Source: an uncultured virus (IMG/VR IMGVR_UViG_3300034062_006192) (lineage: Duplodnaviria; Heunggongvirae; Uroviricota; Caudoviricetes). From it: DNA of 64,000 nucleotides. A program made the translations under genes and the position numbers. Of this stretch, positions 16,655-26,436 are shown one piece after another (position 1 is the first letter of the stretch; the number at the start of each line of letters is the position of its first letter). Below the pieces are notes generated by a model, which saw only the letters and a list, made by a program, of their open reading frames with translations, made no database searches and was not told the DNA's origin. The DNA lies in IMG/VR virus record IMGVR_UViG_3300034062_006192; one strand, 5' to 3'.

Positions 16655-17411
16655 GGCCTCCTGTTGGGTCTGACGTGATGGCGCTGGGATCCTTAACGCT
16701 CGTCTGCGCCTTTCGCTGTTGTTCTATTCCCTCCGCTCGTAGCTGGATTAGGTGCCATGCCTGAATCGATTGTTCAGGAATGCCACTTTGCCGAGCCTCC
16801 TCCATGGCGGTTTCAATCGCCTGCAGCTTAATTTGGCGTTCCCACTCGTCATAATCGTTGCCAAGCAACTCCCTTAACTTATTGTATGCCACACCATTTT
16901 GGCGCTGTTTCTTCTTCCTGTCCATCCACATTTCGTCGCACAACTCCTTTTCACTTCTTGCCGGCAGTTTGCTCGCCTTTACATTTCGGAGCTGCACACT
17001 GGCATGCGGATTCTTCCTGTTGTATTCCGAGACCATTAGCTTTGCCTCGTAGCAGAACCTGCCGATTCTGGCCAAGAGACTTCTTTGCCTGTGGATCCGG
17101 CATCGCAGCTCAGTAATGCCCGCAACCATTAAGGAAGATTTGCCTTCAATCTCCGCTTTTAGCTCGGTTAGCTTACTCTGAGCAACTACCTGAGCGTTGG
17201 CTAGATCATTGTAGAACTGTCGCAACGTCAGGATGTCCATCTGCTGGACATCAAGCAAGAATACGACCTTGTCCCAGCGATCCCAGTACATCCATGCCTG
17301 TGTGCGCTGCTTTCCCTCAGTAGTCAATTGCTCAGCGCTTACCTCCTTGTCCCTTGTCCATGTCTGTACTGTGTTTATTTTGTTTATGTTGTTGGTGTCG
17401 ATGTTTTTCAT
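16641..17411 (-). CDS. hypothetical coiled-coil protein
   Basis: TGATG-coupled start MKNIDT; low GC. Confidence 0.7.
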   Translation of the reverse strand: MKNIDTNNINKINTVQTWTRDKEVSAEQLTTEGKQRTQAWMYWDRWDKVVFLLDVQQMDILTLRQFYNDLANAQVVAQSKLTELKAEIEGKSSLMVAGITELRCRIHRQRSLLARIGRFCYEAKLMVSEYNRKNPHASVQLRNVKASKLPARSEKELCDEMWMDRKKKQRQNGVAYNKLRELLGNDYDEWERQIKLQAIETAMEEARQSGIPEQSIQAWHLIQLRAEGIEQQRKAQTSVKDPSAITSDPTGGHGDG

Positions 17412-17629
17412 CACGTTGGCCCCATCGAAGTGCTGGCCAGGGAAGGTGGGCCACCATGGCCAGGCCGCTCCCGGGTCACTCGCCAGCCCGGCATGGGCGT
17501 GGGCTGGAAGCCAACCCCCTCCACGGTGATCAGCGCTGTTGGCGATCCGATCAGGGGCAGATCGCTCTCCCGCATGCTCATCCGCTTCCACTCAGCCTGG
17601 CCCACAAACCAGACCCACACCTGCACCAT
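17411..17629 (-). CDS. hypothetical protein
   Basis: Fills the gap between coupled ORFs. Confidence 0.5.
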   Translation of the reverse strand: MVQVWVWFVGQAEWKRMSMRESDLPLIGSPTALITVEGVGFQPTPMPGWRVTRERPGHGGPPSLASTSMGPT

Positions 17630-17652
17630 GGGCGGCCGCGACTTCGTGGGGC

Positions 17653-18330
17653 TCAAAACCGCACCTCCCAGTTCATGGTTCTGGCCATGAATCGGTAGGC
17701 GTCGATCGCATCGATCCAGCAAGCCAGGGCCTTGTCCACGTCGATCATTTCCACCGTGGTGCGCTCAGAACTACAGAACAAGACGAACGCACGCCGCGGC
17801 CACCAGGAGAAGCTGTCGCCCAGCAGGGCGATCGCCGCTCCAACTTCGGCGGCAACTCGGATCGGGTCGAGCTGATCGCTGGCAGCGCTCTGACAAAGAC
17901 CAATTCCGATGTCCCCGCCATCGGAGAAGCGGACCAGCAGCTCTGCTGTGGTGGCTATAGGCAGGCGGCGGTGACGCACATGAACCGGTGCTGCCAGCAC
18001 TTCGAGTCTGGCCCAGAAGGGATGGCCGATCAGCGGGGCGATGGTGCTGAGCTGATCGGTGAACGGCGCCACAGCGGGCGACCAGGGCCCTGCTGCGCTC
18101 ACATCCGGGTTGTGGAGACTGTTGGCATAGGCAACGCAGGCGCGCAGCACCACCGGGTTGCGGGCCAGCTGCAGGGCACGATGGGGATAGACCCGGTCGA
18201 GGATGCCACTGGCGGAGAACAGCTCCTCACCGCTGGGGGTGATGTAGCCACCGGCCGCGGCCGGTTGAACGGGCTGGTCCTGTGCTGGTATCCAGGTGGT
18301 GGGTTTAGGTCGGAACAGGGTGCTCACCAT
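17653..18330 (-). CDS. hypothetical protein, possibly degenerate PD-(D/E)XK/Cas4-like exonuclease fold
   Basis: YITPSGEELFSASGIL resembles the YxTPxG..SVTTIL start of phage exonucleases; catalytic residues not evident. Confidence 0.5.
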   Translation of the reverse strand: MVSTLFRPKPTTWIPAQDQPVQPAAAGGYITPSGEELFSASGILDRVYPHRALQLARNPVVLRACVAYANSLHNPDVSAAGPWSPAVAPFTDQLSTIAPLIGHPFWARLEVLAAPVHVRHRRLPIATTAELLVRFSDGGDIGIGLCQSAASDQLDPIRVAAEVGAAIALLGDSFSWWPRRAFVLFCSSERTTVEMIDVDKALACWIDAIDAYRFMARTMNWEVRF

Positions 18331-18499
18331 GACGTTCTCTGCCTCCAGCAACCATGAAGAGGCACGGCGACGATGGGGCGGTTGGGGCATTGCCAGCGGA
18401 TCTCCCACCCAAAGGGGAGCGGCTTGCGCCAACGGGCGCCGCTGGGGTGCACCTCTTGGGTTCGGCAGAAAATAAGCATGGGGGTGGGGAGCGAGGGTG

Positions 18500-18838
18500 T
18501 TACCAGTTCTCGGTGGGCTCTGGAAGGCCAACCGGTGGCGCGGGGGGCTGCCAGGGGGCCCGAGAAGCCGTGGCCAGCTTTGCCTGGAGCTTCTCCAGGG
18601 AAGCCTGATCTTCAGGGCTGGACAGCCAGACCATGGCCGCGGCCGTGCGCCAGGTGTGGCGGGTGGTGCCCACCTTCCAGTCGTCGTAGACGTGGAAGCG
18701 GTGACCACCGGCAAAGAAGTAGCGGCCCAGGTGCCGCTCGACCGTGACGGGATAGGCGGCAGTGGAGCCAAGCTCGAGGCACAGGAGCACGGCGCCGATA
18801 TCTGGCAGCGGGCGGGCGGGGGCGATGTGAGTGGCCAT
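18500..18838 (-). CDS. hypothetical protein
   Basis: TGATG coupling. Confidence 0.65.
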   Translation of the reverse strand: MATHIAPARPLPDIGAVLLCLELGSTAAYPVTVERHLGRYFFAGGHRFHVYDDWKVGTTRHTWRTAAAMVWLSSPEDQASLEKLQAKLATASRAPWQPPAPPVGLPEPTENW

Positions 18839-19320
18839 CAGAGGCTCCCGGGCATGGAGGTCAACAGGCCGGCGGCCGCGGCCTGGGTGTTGGCCTTCTG
18901 CCGGCGGGCCTGCTCAGCGTTGGCCTGAACGCCAGCGAGGGCGCGCTGGCGGCGCTGGCGGTGGATGGCCTCGATGGCCTGCTGATCCAGCTCACGGCCC
19001 ACCATGCGCGGACCGGCATCGGTCTCGAGACGGCGAATGCCGGCGGAATCGCGAAACCCGCCGCGGCCTTCCCTGGGGTAGGCGGCATTGCAGCAGCAGA
19101 TGATCGCCGGATGAAGCCCGCCACAGACCTCCCCGGAAGGGAGGACGTCGTAGTTGGAGATGAACTCGTTGATCGCCCGGTCGTGGTTGCCGACGATGCC
19201 GGTGTCCGAGCAGGCGAAACAGGCAAAGCCTGGGAGCACGAAAGCGGGGCCGGCGGCAGGGCGGCGCTTGTGCGGCGCTAGCGGCTCAGGTGCTGGAGCT
19301 GAGGGGAGCGTGAGCGTCAT
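18838..19320 (-). CDS. Cys-motif protein downstream of the initiator (possible helicase-loader accessory)
   Basis: CFACSDTG...CCC motif; ATGA-coupled to the initiator. Confidence 0.6.
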   Translation of the reverse strand: MTLTLPSAPAPEPLAPHKRRPAAGPAFVLPGFACFACSDTGIVGNHDRAINEFISNYDVLPSGEVCGGLHPAIICCCNAAYPREGRGGFRDSAGIRRLETDAGPRMVGRELDQQAIEAIHRQRRQRALAGVQANAEQARRQKANTQAAAAGLLTSMPGSL

Positions 19321-20600
19321 TGGCCTGTGATGTGACGGTGGTAGGCGAATGGGTCAGGGGCGCCGGTTTCTGGATCGATCGGAGCCTCAAATGCGGCGGC
19401 GGCGGCGGGCTGGTTCTGCTGCAGGTAGGCGGCGAAACGGCGCTCCTTCAGCCAGCGAGCGATGTCAGGCAGGGATGGGGCAAAACCCGTGGAGGCGTGC
19501 TGCTGGTCCTGAGCGCGGATTTCAGCAGCCAAGGCCCCTACCAGCTGCTCGGCGGTGTGGCCCTCAGCCAGCACGGCGGAAAACTCTCTCTGGGCAGCGG
19601 GCAGAGATTGACAAGGGACCCGACGGGGCGCCGCCAGGTAGGCGCTGCGAAGGGTGTCGAAGGCCTCAGCGGCTGCAGGGCCGGCGCGCAGCTGCTCGCA
19701 GCGACGGCGGTAGCCGGTGGCAAGACTTTTGCAACCGCTGGCCGCGGCGTGTTCGAGGAACGGCCGGAGGACCCCCAGAGCATCGGCGTGCTGGATGGCC
19801 TGGATGTCGCCAGCGTTGAGCTCGTTGGCCGCGGCGGGGTGCTTGCTGCGGCGCCTGAGCCACCACTCGCGCAGCAGTTGGCGGTATGGGCGGGCGCAGT
19901 CGGGAAGGGCTGAAGCGGTTGCTGGGGGCTGGGTTGCCGGTTGGGCATGGCGCTGGGGAGCGTCGTTGTGAGCTGAGAATATCACGATCTCGACCGCTGT
20001 CGCGACGGGCTCGGCCGTCGTGACCGTTGACGCCGCGGCATCGATTTTTTCGACGCGTTGGTGGATATATGTACTGGAGTAATCAATTAACCCTTCTTGG
20101 ATTTCTTGTTCTTCGTTTAGAGGTTTATTGATTGGGTCCCCCCCAGGGGGAGTCCCCTCTGGGGGGAGGGGTCCCCTTCCGGGGGAGTCCCCCCTGGGGG
20201 GAGTGGGGGGCCCCTGGGGGGGACCCCCCTCTGGGGGGAGGGGGTGTGCTGACTTGCGCTGCACTGCAATGGGTTTCGCGGTTCGCTTTTTGCGGCCTGT
20301 TGCCATACGGATCCGGTATCGGTTTGTCCCGTTGGGTCCTTTGCCCGATTTGATGATCCAACCCTCACTAAGAAGGGTCGAAAGTGCCGTTCTGATGTCC
20401 CGTTCCTTCATGCCGCACTCCAGGGCAAGCCGAGGGACGGAAGGGAATCCGTCATCTGCTTGGCCGGCGTAAAACCAGAGCCAGGCATAGACGAATACCA
20501 ACCTCCTGCGCCCTATCTGTGCACAGCTGCTCAGCAATTCGAGCGGAATCTGTGCAAACAGAGGGCGGTGCAACTCACCGCTGAAATCTTTGGTTGGCAT
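19317..20600 (-). CDS. phage replication initiator (HTH, lambda O-like organisation)
   Basis: FAQIP..FVYAWL..FPSVPRLALECGMKERDIRTALSTLLSEGWI..TNRY; internal iteron-like repeats. Confidence 0.8.
   Translation of the reverse strand: MPTKDFSGELHRPLFAQIPLELLSSCAQIGRRRLVFVYAWLWFYAGQADDGFPSVPRLALECGMKERDIRTALSTLLSEGWIIKSGKGPNGTNRYRIRMATGRKKRTAKPIAVQRKSAHPLPPEGGPPQGPPTPPRGDSPGRGPLPPEGTPPGGDPINKPLNEEQEIQEGLIDYSSTYIHQRVEKIDAAASTVTTAEPVATAVEIVIFSAHNDAPQRHAQPATQPPATASALPDCARPYRQLLREWWLRRRSKHPAAANELNAGDIQAIQHADALGVLRPFLEHAAASGCKSLATGYRRRCEQLRAGPAAAEAFDTLRSAYLAAPRRVPCQSLPAAQREFSAVLAEGHTAEQLVGALAAEIRAQDQQHASTGFAPSLPDIARWLKERRFAAYLQQNQPAAAAAFEAPIDPETGAPDPFAYHRHITGQ
20134..20245. repeat. iteron-like C-run/G-run dyad repeats, putative replication origin
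   Basis: About six TCCCCC-N-GGGG units including two copies of CCCCTCTGGGGGGAG, next to an AT-rich tract at about 20060-20133. Confidence 0.7.
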
Positions 20601-20979
20601 GTCAGGATCTGAGGTGGATGGTTCCACTCCCTGGAGCCTGCGGATCGCGGCTGTTGCAGTAGGATTGCCCTGTTGCGGCCATTGGTCCTGCTGGGGAGCG
20701 TGCCCGGTGGTCGCAGCCCGCAAGGGCAACATTGGCTCCGCCTCGGCGGGGCCTTTGTTGTTTGCGGGAAACCGACCAACAGATCTGGACCGTAGCGGAT
20801 TCGAGATGGTATGGACCAGTGCTGTCTCAAATCTGCTGCCGCACAGTTCCCTCGCATCTGCTGCATGGCGCTATGTGGTTGTTGCGAGTGCGCTTCGTAG
20901 GGTGGCGGCGTGATTTCGCCTAGCACTTATGTTCGGCTCCAGATGGACCCGATCCCGGCCCTCACGCCTCAGAGCACCC

Positions 20980-21894
20980 ATGGATCAGCAGCAGCAAATG
21001 TCGAGGCCGCCAGGGTCAGAGCCTGTTGCTCGAGACCACTGGCTGATCACTGAGCAGTGCGGCCGTGAGGTCTTGCGCTCGTTGATCGAGCAGTGGCTGG
21101 ACCACAACGGCTGGAGCCTGGCGGTCACCTCACGGCTTGCTGAGCTGGCCCTGCTGGCGCGATCCTCGGAACCGATCCTGGAGTGGGTCGCTGGCATGCC
21201 TCTGCAAGCCGGCCAATGGGTCAACCACCGCGGCCATGTCTGGGAGGCGATCGGAACGCCAGCCTCTGAGCCCGCAGATGATGTCCCCGGTTGGCGGGAG
21301 ATCAGCCTGACCAGCCGCCTGCATTCCAGTGGCCTCAACCTGTTCCTGCGGCGCAAAAGCCGCAGTCTGGCCAGCACCTTCTTCTTGGAGCTTGGGCGGC
21401 TAAACGAATGGGTTGCGGCCGTGCAGGCTGGCAAGCAAGCGGCACCGACAGATCAGCGGCTCCGGGACTGCGTCGCCAGCGCGCACGTGCTGCGCGATGA
21501 GCAGGGCGTTTTTGGGCCCGAGGAGCTGCTGTCCATTGCGCTCGGTCGCCTCACCCCAGAGCCGCTCGTCAAAAAGCAGGCCGCAGCAGAGCAGCAGAGG
21601 CCTCCAGAGTGCATCTCAGGTCGCACTCTGCGCCAGGCCGCCAGCGCCGCTGGCCTGGACATCGTTGATGACTGGGCCCAGATCGTCGGGCTCTACCCAG
21701 GCAAGGAGCCCGAGCGGCAGGAGTTTCTCCGGCTGGTGCTGCTTGGCACGGAAACCTGGGGGCCTGAGCAGGGTGAGGGTGAGCAGCTCGCCACCCAGGT
21801 GCTGCTGCAGCGCCTAGGAGATCGAAAGACGCAGCAGCCTGCAAAGGCCTCAGCCAAGCCGCAGGGGCCAGAAACGGCGATCAGTGTCGACTGA
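20980..21894 (+). CDS. hypothetical protein
   Basis: Long ORF divergent from the replication operon. Confidence 0.75.
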   Translation: MDQQQQMSRPPGSEPVARDHWLITEQCGREVLRSLIEQWLDHNGWSLAVTSRLAELALLARSSEPILEWVAGMPLQAGQWVNHRGHVWEAIGTPASEPADDVPGWREISLTSRLHSSGLNLFLRRKSRSLASTFFLELGRLNEWVAAVQAGKQAAPTDQRLRDCVASAHVLRDEQGVFGPEELLSIALGRLTPEPLVKKQAAAEQQRPPECISGRTLRQAASAAGLDIVDDWAQIVGLYPGKEPERQEFLRLVLLGTETWGPEQGEGEQLATQVLLQRLGDRKTQQPAKASAKPQGPETAISVD

Positions 21895-22159
21895 TCGGTG
21901 AATCGTTCAGTGGCCTGGGATCCGGCGGGCGGTTCCATTCCATCTGGATCGGCTCAGCGCTGCTGTTTTCTGGCCTGATCAGCAGTAGGCGCAATGCACT
22001 GCAGCTGAAGGCTTCTGTCAGCACCTGCCGCTGTCGCCAGAAAAGGTCGGCGGCCGTGGCATGAAGAACTGTTACAGAGAGAACCCCTTTGCTGGTGGCC
22101 ATGACGCAGCCAGGAGGGCCGTTAGGGACTTGATTCACGACGGCATGAACCGAAGGCAT
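21881..22159 (-). CDS. hypothetical protein
   Basis: 92-aa ORF filling an intergenic gap. Confidence 0.4.
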   Translation of the reverse strand: MPSVHAVVNQVPNGPPGCVMATSKGVLSVTVLHATAADLFWRQRQVLTEAFSCSALRLLLIRPENSSAEPIQMEWNRPPDPRPLNDSPISRH

Positions 22160-22245
22160 TACGAAGTCACAATGGTGCTAGTGTTCGGTGAGCGTGTCGG
22201 TGCAGCGTAACCGATGCACTACCAACCTCTCTCGCAACGGCTCGA

Positions 22246-23265
22246 ATGGATTCCAGTACCCAGTCAGGGGCGCCATTGCCGCAGCCTCCACCGCCTGCCT
22301 CCGGGGCGCAGGCCGCTGCCAGTCCACAGCTCTCCCACAAGGCCCTAGAAGACTTCGCCCACCGCGCCAACCTGCAGATCGGCGCTCACGACCAGCAGAT
22401 TCGCAACCAGGGCGCGGTGATCGCCCAGCTCCGCTCAGAGATCCACGTGCTGGCTGAAGCGCAGGCTCAACACGACCAGACCAGCCGCCAAGACCAAGTT
22501 TTTAAGGACGACCAGCGGCGGCGGTTGATCGAGTTCGTCAACTACGAACCGACAGCAGAACAGCAGATGCAGCTATTTGCTGCATTCGCAGCATGGCACG
22601 CAACAGAGCCGCGCCTTGTCGAAAACCGCCAGGCGGAGTACGCCACCAAGAAAGGCGGGACCATCTCCTACGGCTACGCCGATCTCGCCAGCGTCATCGC
22701 CACCGGCCAGAGCGCCGCCGCCATGGGCCTGTGCGCGGTCACCCGCCAGGAGCTGGACGACAACGGCACTCCGGTGGTCACTGGCTACCTGATCCACTCC
22801 GGCGGCGGCTGCATCAGCAGCGGTCCCGTCCCCCTCTACATCGGCGAAAGCGATCGCCGCGGCCAGGCCCATGCCGCTGGTCTCACCACCTGCCGCCGGC
22901 TGGCCCTGCAGATGGTCCTTGGCCTTGCCGCTGAGCGTGATGACGATTTCAACGCCCCAGGCGACAGCCAGCCCCGCCATGCGCGCCAGGGCAACGGCCA
23001 ACAGCAACAGCCGGTGCGGACGGTCACGACACCTTGCCGCACCGCTGCAGGCCCAGCCGGCGCCACCCAGCGCGGTCCTGCCGCCGCAGTCCGTCAGGGC
23101 CCACCGCCCGGGTGGATCAGCAAGGACGATCGCCGCGCCCTCGAGCAGGAGCTGACAGATCCGGCCATCACTCCGGAGCGCTTCCAGGAGATCGAGTCGA
23201 AGCTCCTGGCCGCTGATCAGCTGGCCAAGAACGCCGCGGCCGCACCACAAGGCAACGCGCCATGA
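22246..23265 (+). CDS. erf: ERF-family single-strand annealing protein
   Basis: YGYADLASVI...LIHSGG...QAHAAGLTTCRRLALQMVLGLAAERDDD, a variant of the ERF Q..GSA.TYARRY.L....G....DDD motif. Confidence 0.85.
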   Translation: MDSSTQSGAPLPQPPPPASGAQAAASPQLSHKALEDFAHRANLQIGAHDQQIRNQGAVIAQLRSEIHVLAEAQAQHDQTSRQDQVFKDDQRRRLIEFVNYEPTAEQQMQLFAAFAAWHATEPRLVENRQAEYATKKGGTISYGYADLASVIATGQSAAAMGLCAVTRQELDDNGTPVVTGYLIHSGGGCISSGPVPLYIGESDRRGQAHAAGLTTCRRLALQMVLGLAAERDDDFNAPGDSQPRHARQGNGQQQQPVRTVTTPCRTAAGPAGATQRGPAAAVRQGPPPGWISKDDRRALEQELTDPAITPERFQEIESKLLAADQLAKNAAAAPQGNAP

Positions 23266-23532
23266 CAGGAACCACCCTCAGCCTTTCCCCAGCACGGGGC
23301 CCCTAGGCCCTGCTGCTGGTGCTGCCGCGCTTGCGCGTGTTGTGGCCTCCTAGGTGATGCCAGCCCGCTGCTCGGACCAAGCGGTGGACGCTGTTGGCCT
23401 CTCTCCAGTTACGGGCCCCATCGAGGGATCCGGTTGGCTCCAGGGCGACTGCACCCGACAGGACCGGACCAAGGCCATTTGCAGCAACACAACCCGTCTT
23501 CCCTTCTGTTCACCCTTTCCATCCCCATCCCC

Positions 23533-24396
23533 ATGAGCGAATCAACGACCAGAACCGAGGCTGACGCCCTCATCGAGCAGACCCTGTTGGGTGTGGAGCC
23601 CATAGAGCTCCTCCCCGGCCACGTCTATGTCGTCCGCACCAGGGAGGGTTTCAAAACCATCGACCTGACCAAGCCTGAGTTGCTGAATGCCGCCGGCTGG
23701 GAGCGGCTCAGACCTCAGGCCAATTACGCCTTCCACAGCGTTCAAAGCTTCACGTCCTACGTGCTGAGCGTCTTCGACAACTACCCCGAAGGCCTCGATG
23801 ATGATGCCTACCGGCCCAGGCGCAGCAGGGCCCTTTGCATCGCTGACGAGGCCCAAGGCACCGTCAGGCTGATCTTCGACGCACAGCCCAACGAATGGGG
23901 CACCGTCTACGCCGACCTGATGCTGCTTGGCAGCCCTGAGGCAAAGCGGTGGATGGCGGCCAGCGGCACTTACATGGCCCAGCAAGACTTCGCTGAGTTC
24001 TGTGAGCTGAACCTGGAGACCTTCTCCAGCCCGGATGCCGCCACGATCCTGGAGATCGCCCAGACCTTCAACGCCAAGTCCACCGTCGATTTCAGCAGCG
24101 CCGTTCGGCTGTCCAGTGGGGCCATCAAGCTGAAGCGGGAGGAGCAGATCAACGCCACCGCCGGCGAGCGCGCTGACATCTCAATCCCTGAGGTGCTCAC
24201 CGTCGCCATGCCGATTTACAAGTTTGGCAAGGCCTACGCCGTGATGGCTCGCCTCCGCTACCGGATTGTGGACTCCGCCGTGAAACTCTCTGTCCTGCTG
24301 GTGGACCCGGAGATGGCGATCGAGCACGCCTTTAAGGAAGTGGTCGACGAGGTCTCCACCCTGTTGGGGATGCCCGTCTTCTACGGGAAGGTCTGA
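23533..24396 (+). CDS. DUF2303 (YfdQ) family protein
   Basis: SPEAKRW...MAQQDFAEFCE..PDAATILEIA..FSSAVRLSSG..ARLRYRI. Confidence 0.85.
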   Translation: MSESTTRTEADALIEQTLLGVEPIELLPGHVYVVRTREGFKTIDLTKPELLNAAGWERLRPQANYAFHSVQSFTSYVLSVFDNYPEGLDDDAYRPRRSRALCIADEAQGTVRLIFDAQPNEWGTVYADLMLLGSPEAKRWMAASGTYMAQQDFAEFCELNLETFSSPDAATILEIAQTFNAKSTVDFSSAVRLSSGAIKLKREEQINATAGERADISIPEVLTVAMPIYKFGKAYAVMARLRYRIVDSAVKLSVLLVDPEMAIEHAFKEVVDEVSTLLGMPVFYGKV

Positions 24397-24477
24397 ACTC
24401 TCCCAACCACCCCATCAAATCGAGCTATCCGGGATTTCCGAAGAACTGAACCTGATCCACCCCCCCCCCATCTCACC

Positions 24478-24882
24478 ATGAACGCCGAGCCCATGGACAC
24501 CGACATGGAAGAAGCCCTGGAGGCCTCTCCCTTCGGGCAGTTCCTCTTCTCCCAACGCGATGGAAAAACCCACAGCGAGCTGTCCGACGCCCTCTCCAAA
24601 GTCGGCGAGGCGGTACTGGCCAACGGGGGCACCGGCACCATCACCCTGAAATTGACCGTGACGCAGCTGGGTCACGAAAGCCGCCTGGTCGTCCGCGACG
24701 AGGTGGTCATGAAGGCACCCAAGCCGCCCAGGGAATCCAGCATCTGGTTCTACAACAAGGGCCAGAGAGGCTTCAGCCGCAGGGACCCCAATCAGGGGGA
24801 GCTGGAACTGGCCGTCGTCCCGATCCGCCCGCGCCTCGGCACTGCGATTGCAACGGATCGCACCGACAAGACCAGCGCTTGA
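24478..24882 (+). CDS. YfdP-like protein (partner of DUF2303)
   Basis: HSELSDAL..V..GTITLKL...SRRDPNQGEL; adjacent to the YfdQ-like gene. Confidence 0.7.
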   Translation: MNAEPMDTDMEEALEASPFGQFLFSQRDGKTHSELSDALSKVGEAVLANGGTGTITLKLTVTQLGHESRLVVRDEVVMKAPKPPRESSIWFYNKGQRGFSRRDPNQGELELAVVPIRPRLGTAIATDRTDKTSA

Positions 24883-24915
24883 TCTTTATCACCACCTCCC
24901 CAGCGCATTGCAGCC

Positions 24916-25407
24916 ATGCAGTCCCTCACCGATCAGCCCATCACAGGGTTTGCCCTGTTTGCTGATGGCAGCCTTCACCTGCAACGTGGCTACGGCCAGC
25001 AGCAGTTTCAAGCCTGCTGCCCTGATCAGCTCCCGGCCAACGATTTCAAGAGCCTGCTATGGGCCATCGAGGCCGCCCTCGGGGCCTGCCACAACGAGCT
25101 TCAGCAGACCATGCCGGAATCCATCCAGTCGTTGTTGCGGGTGATGGCCCTGTGCCATGCCAACTGGCTCACGCTCATTGCAGGCGATCCCCCTAACCCG
25201 ATCACCGGCGCGGTGTTGGTTTGGGTTCGCCCGTTCCCTATCGCGATCGATTGCACCGAGGCCACCAATGCCAAGCCATCTGGAAGAAGCCTTTGCCAAC
25301 CAGTGGCTGATCTCTTGCCCCGGCCTGCCTTTCCAGCGAGAGTTCATCCTGCCCGTGTGGGACACCTGGGCCTCGTACCAGAAGCAGGAAGGGCTGAGGT
25401 CGCGTAG
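24916..25407 (+). CDS. hypothetical protein
   Basis: 163-aa ORF; 3' end overlaps the next gene. Confidence 0.5.
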   Translation: MQSLTDQPITGFALFADGSLHLQRGYGQQQFQACCPDQLPANDFKSLLWAIEAALGACHNELQQTMPESIQSLLRVMALCHANWLTLIAGDPPNPITGAVLVWVRPFPIAIDCTEATNAKPSGRSLCQPVADLLPRPAFPARVHPARVGHLGLVPEAGRAEVA

Positions 25408-25870
25408 AGATCGCTTCCGCGCTGACTTTGCCTGGCCTGATGCGCAGGTGGCCGTCGAGGTCAACGGCGGCATCTGGCGGCCCGGGGGGCACTCCACAGG
25501 CAGTGGCATCACCAGGGACATCACCAAGACCATGCTCGCCCAGCTCTCCGGTTGGGTTCTTATCCCCCTCTCCGACGCACACATCTTCGATGGCACCCCC
25601 TACTGGCTCGCGCTCATTGCAGACCTCATCGAGAGCCGCAAAGCTATCCGTTTCAGCGGACACCCCGCCGGTGCTGCAACTCGCTGGTGTGGCCCTGGAC
25701 CCCAACCATCACATCCTCAAACCCTGGCTGACCCGTTCGCCGTTGGATCGAAACAGCATGGGCAGACCTCGCGTCGGAAAGGGCGTGCTGAACGGGATCG
25801 AGTGGATCTCCGTCAGGAACTCAAATCCTTCCGAAGCGGGCCAGAACCGGCGACTGATTTACAACGGTAG
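25268..25870 (+). CDS. PD-(D/E)XK endonuclease (DUF559/Vsr-like)
   Basis: SHLEEAF...FRADFAWPDAQVAVEVNGGIW..GHSTGSGITRD..K..AQLSGW. Confidence 0.85.
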   Translation: MPSHLEEAFANQWLISCPGLPFQREFILPVWDTWASYQKQEGLRSRRDRFRADFAWPDAQVAVEVNGGIWRPGGHSTGSGITRDITKTMLAQLSGWVLIPLSDAHIFDGTPYWLALIADLIESRKAIRFSGHPAGAATRWCGPGPQPSHPQTLADPFAVGSKQHGQTSRRKGRAERDRVDLRQELKSFRSGPEPATDLQR

Positions 25871-26288
25871 TTCGGTGCTGCTGATGCGTGCTCCACATGA
25901 ACCGGAGGCCCTGCAGCAAATCACGATCAATGATGGGGATTTCACTCTCCTCGCACCCTTTCCAGGCATCTACATCCCCGAAGAGGGCCGGCACTTCCCG
26001 CCGGGGTCGCTGCAGCTGATCGTTGATGAGCACGACCGGCAGATCATCGACGACACTACCACCCTGCCGATTCCTGAGCGGGTGGCCACCACACCCTGCA
26101 GCGGCTGGTGCCGCAAGCAGCACATCTATTTTGATTTCGGCATGACTGAGCTGGCGGTGATTTTTTTCAATAGCTACGGCTGGCCCATCGCTTGCCGTGA
26201 AAATGTCCTCAGCAACGACCTTCGCACTGGTGCTTGCTGGTGGCGCTTTGATTACAGCCGGCCCGATCCGGCGGTGGTGGTTCGATGA
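25758..26288 (+). CDS. hypothetical protein
   Basis: MGRPRVGKG... in the frame of ORF 25428..26288; start uncertain. Confidence 0.6.
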   Translation: MGRPRVGKGVLNGIEWISVRNSNPSEAGQNRRLIYNGSSVLLMRAPHEPEALQQITINDGDFTLLAPFPGIYIPEEGRHFPPGSLQLIVDEHDRQIIDDTTTLPIPERVATTPCSGWCRKQHIYFDFGMTELAVIFFNSYGWPIACRENVLSNDLRTGACWWRFDYSRPDPAVVVR

Positions 26289-26436
26289 CTGATAAGCAAG
26301 TTCATACGCTTTGCGGTGTGAATCTTCTTTCTGCGTCGGTTATTGCAAGGTCTCCGTCTGCCGAAGTAGCTACTTCTTTGGCCATCGTCGCTTTTGCGTT
26401 CTTTATTGGTTCAATCGCTAGTGATGGTGACAAACC

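Noticed and set aside
20134..20245. Repeat tract as CRISPR or IS ends
   Set aside because: No unique spacers and no transposase; it lies in frame within the initiator gene
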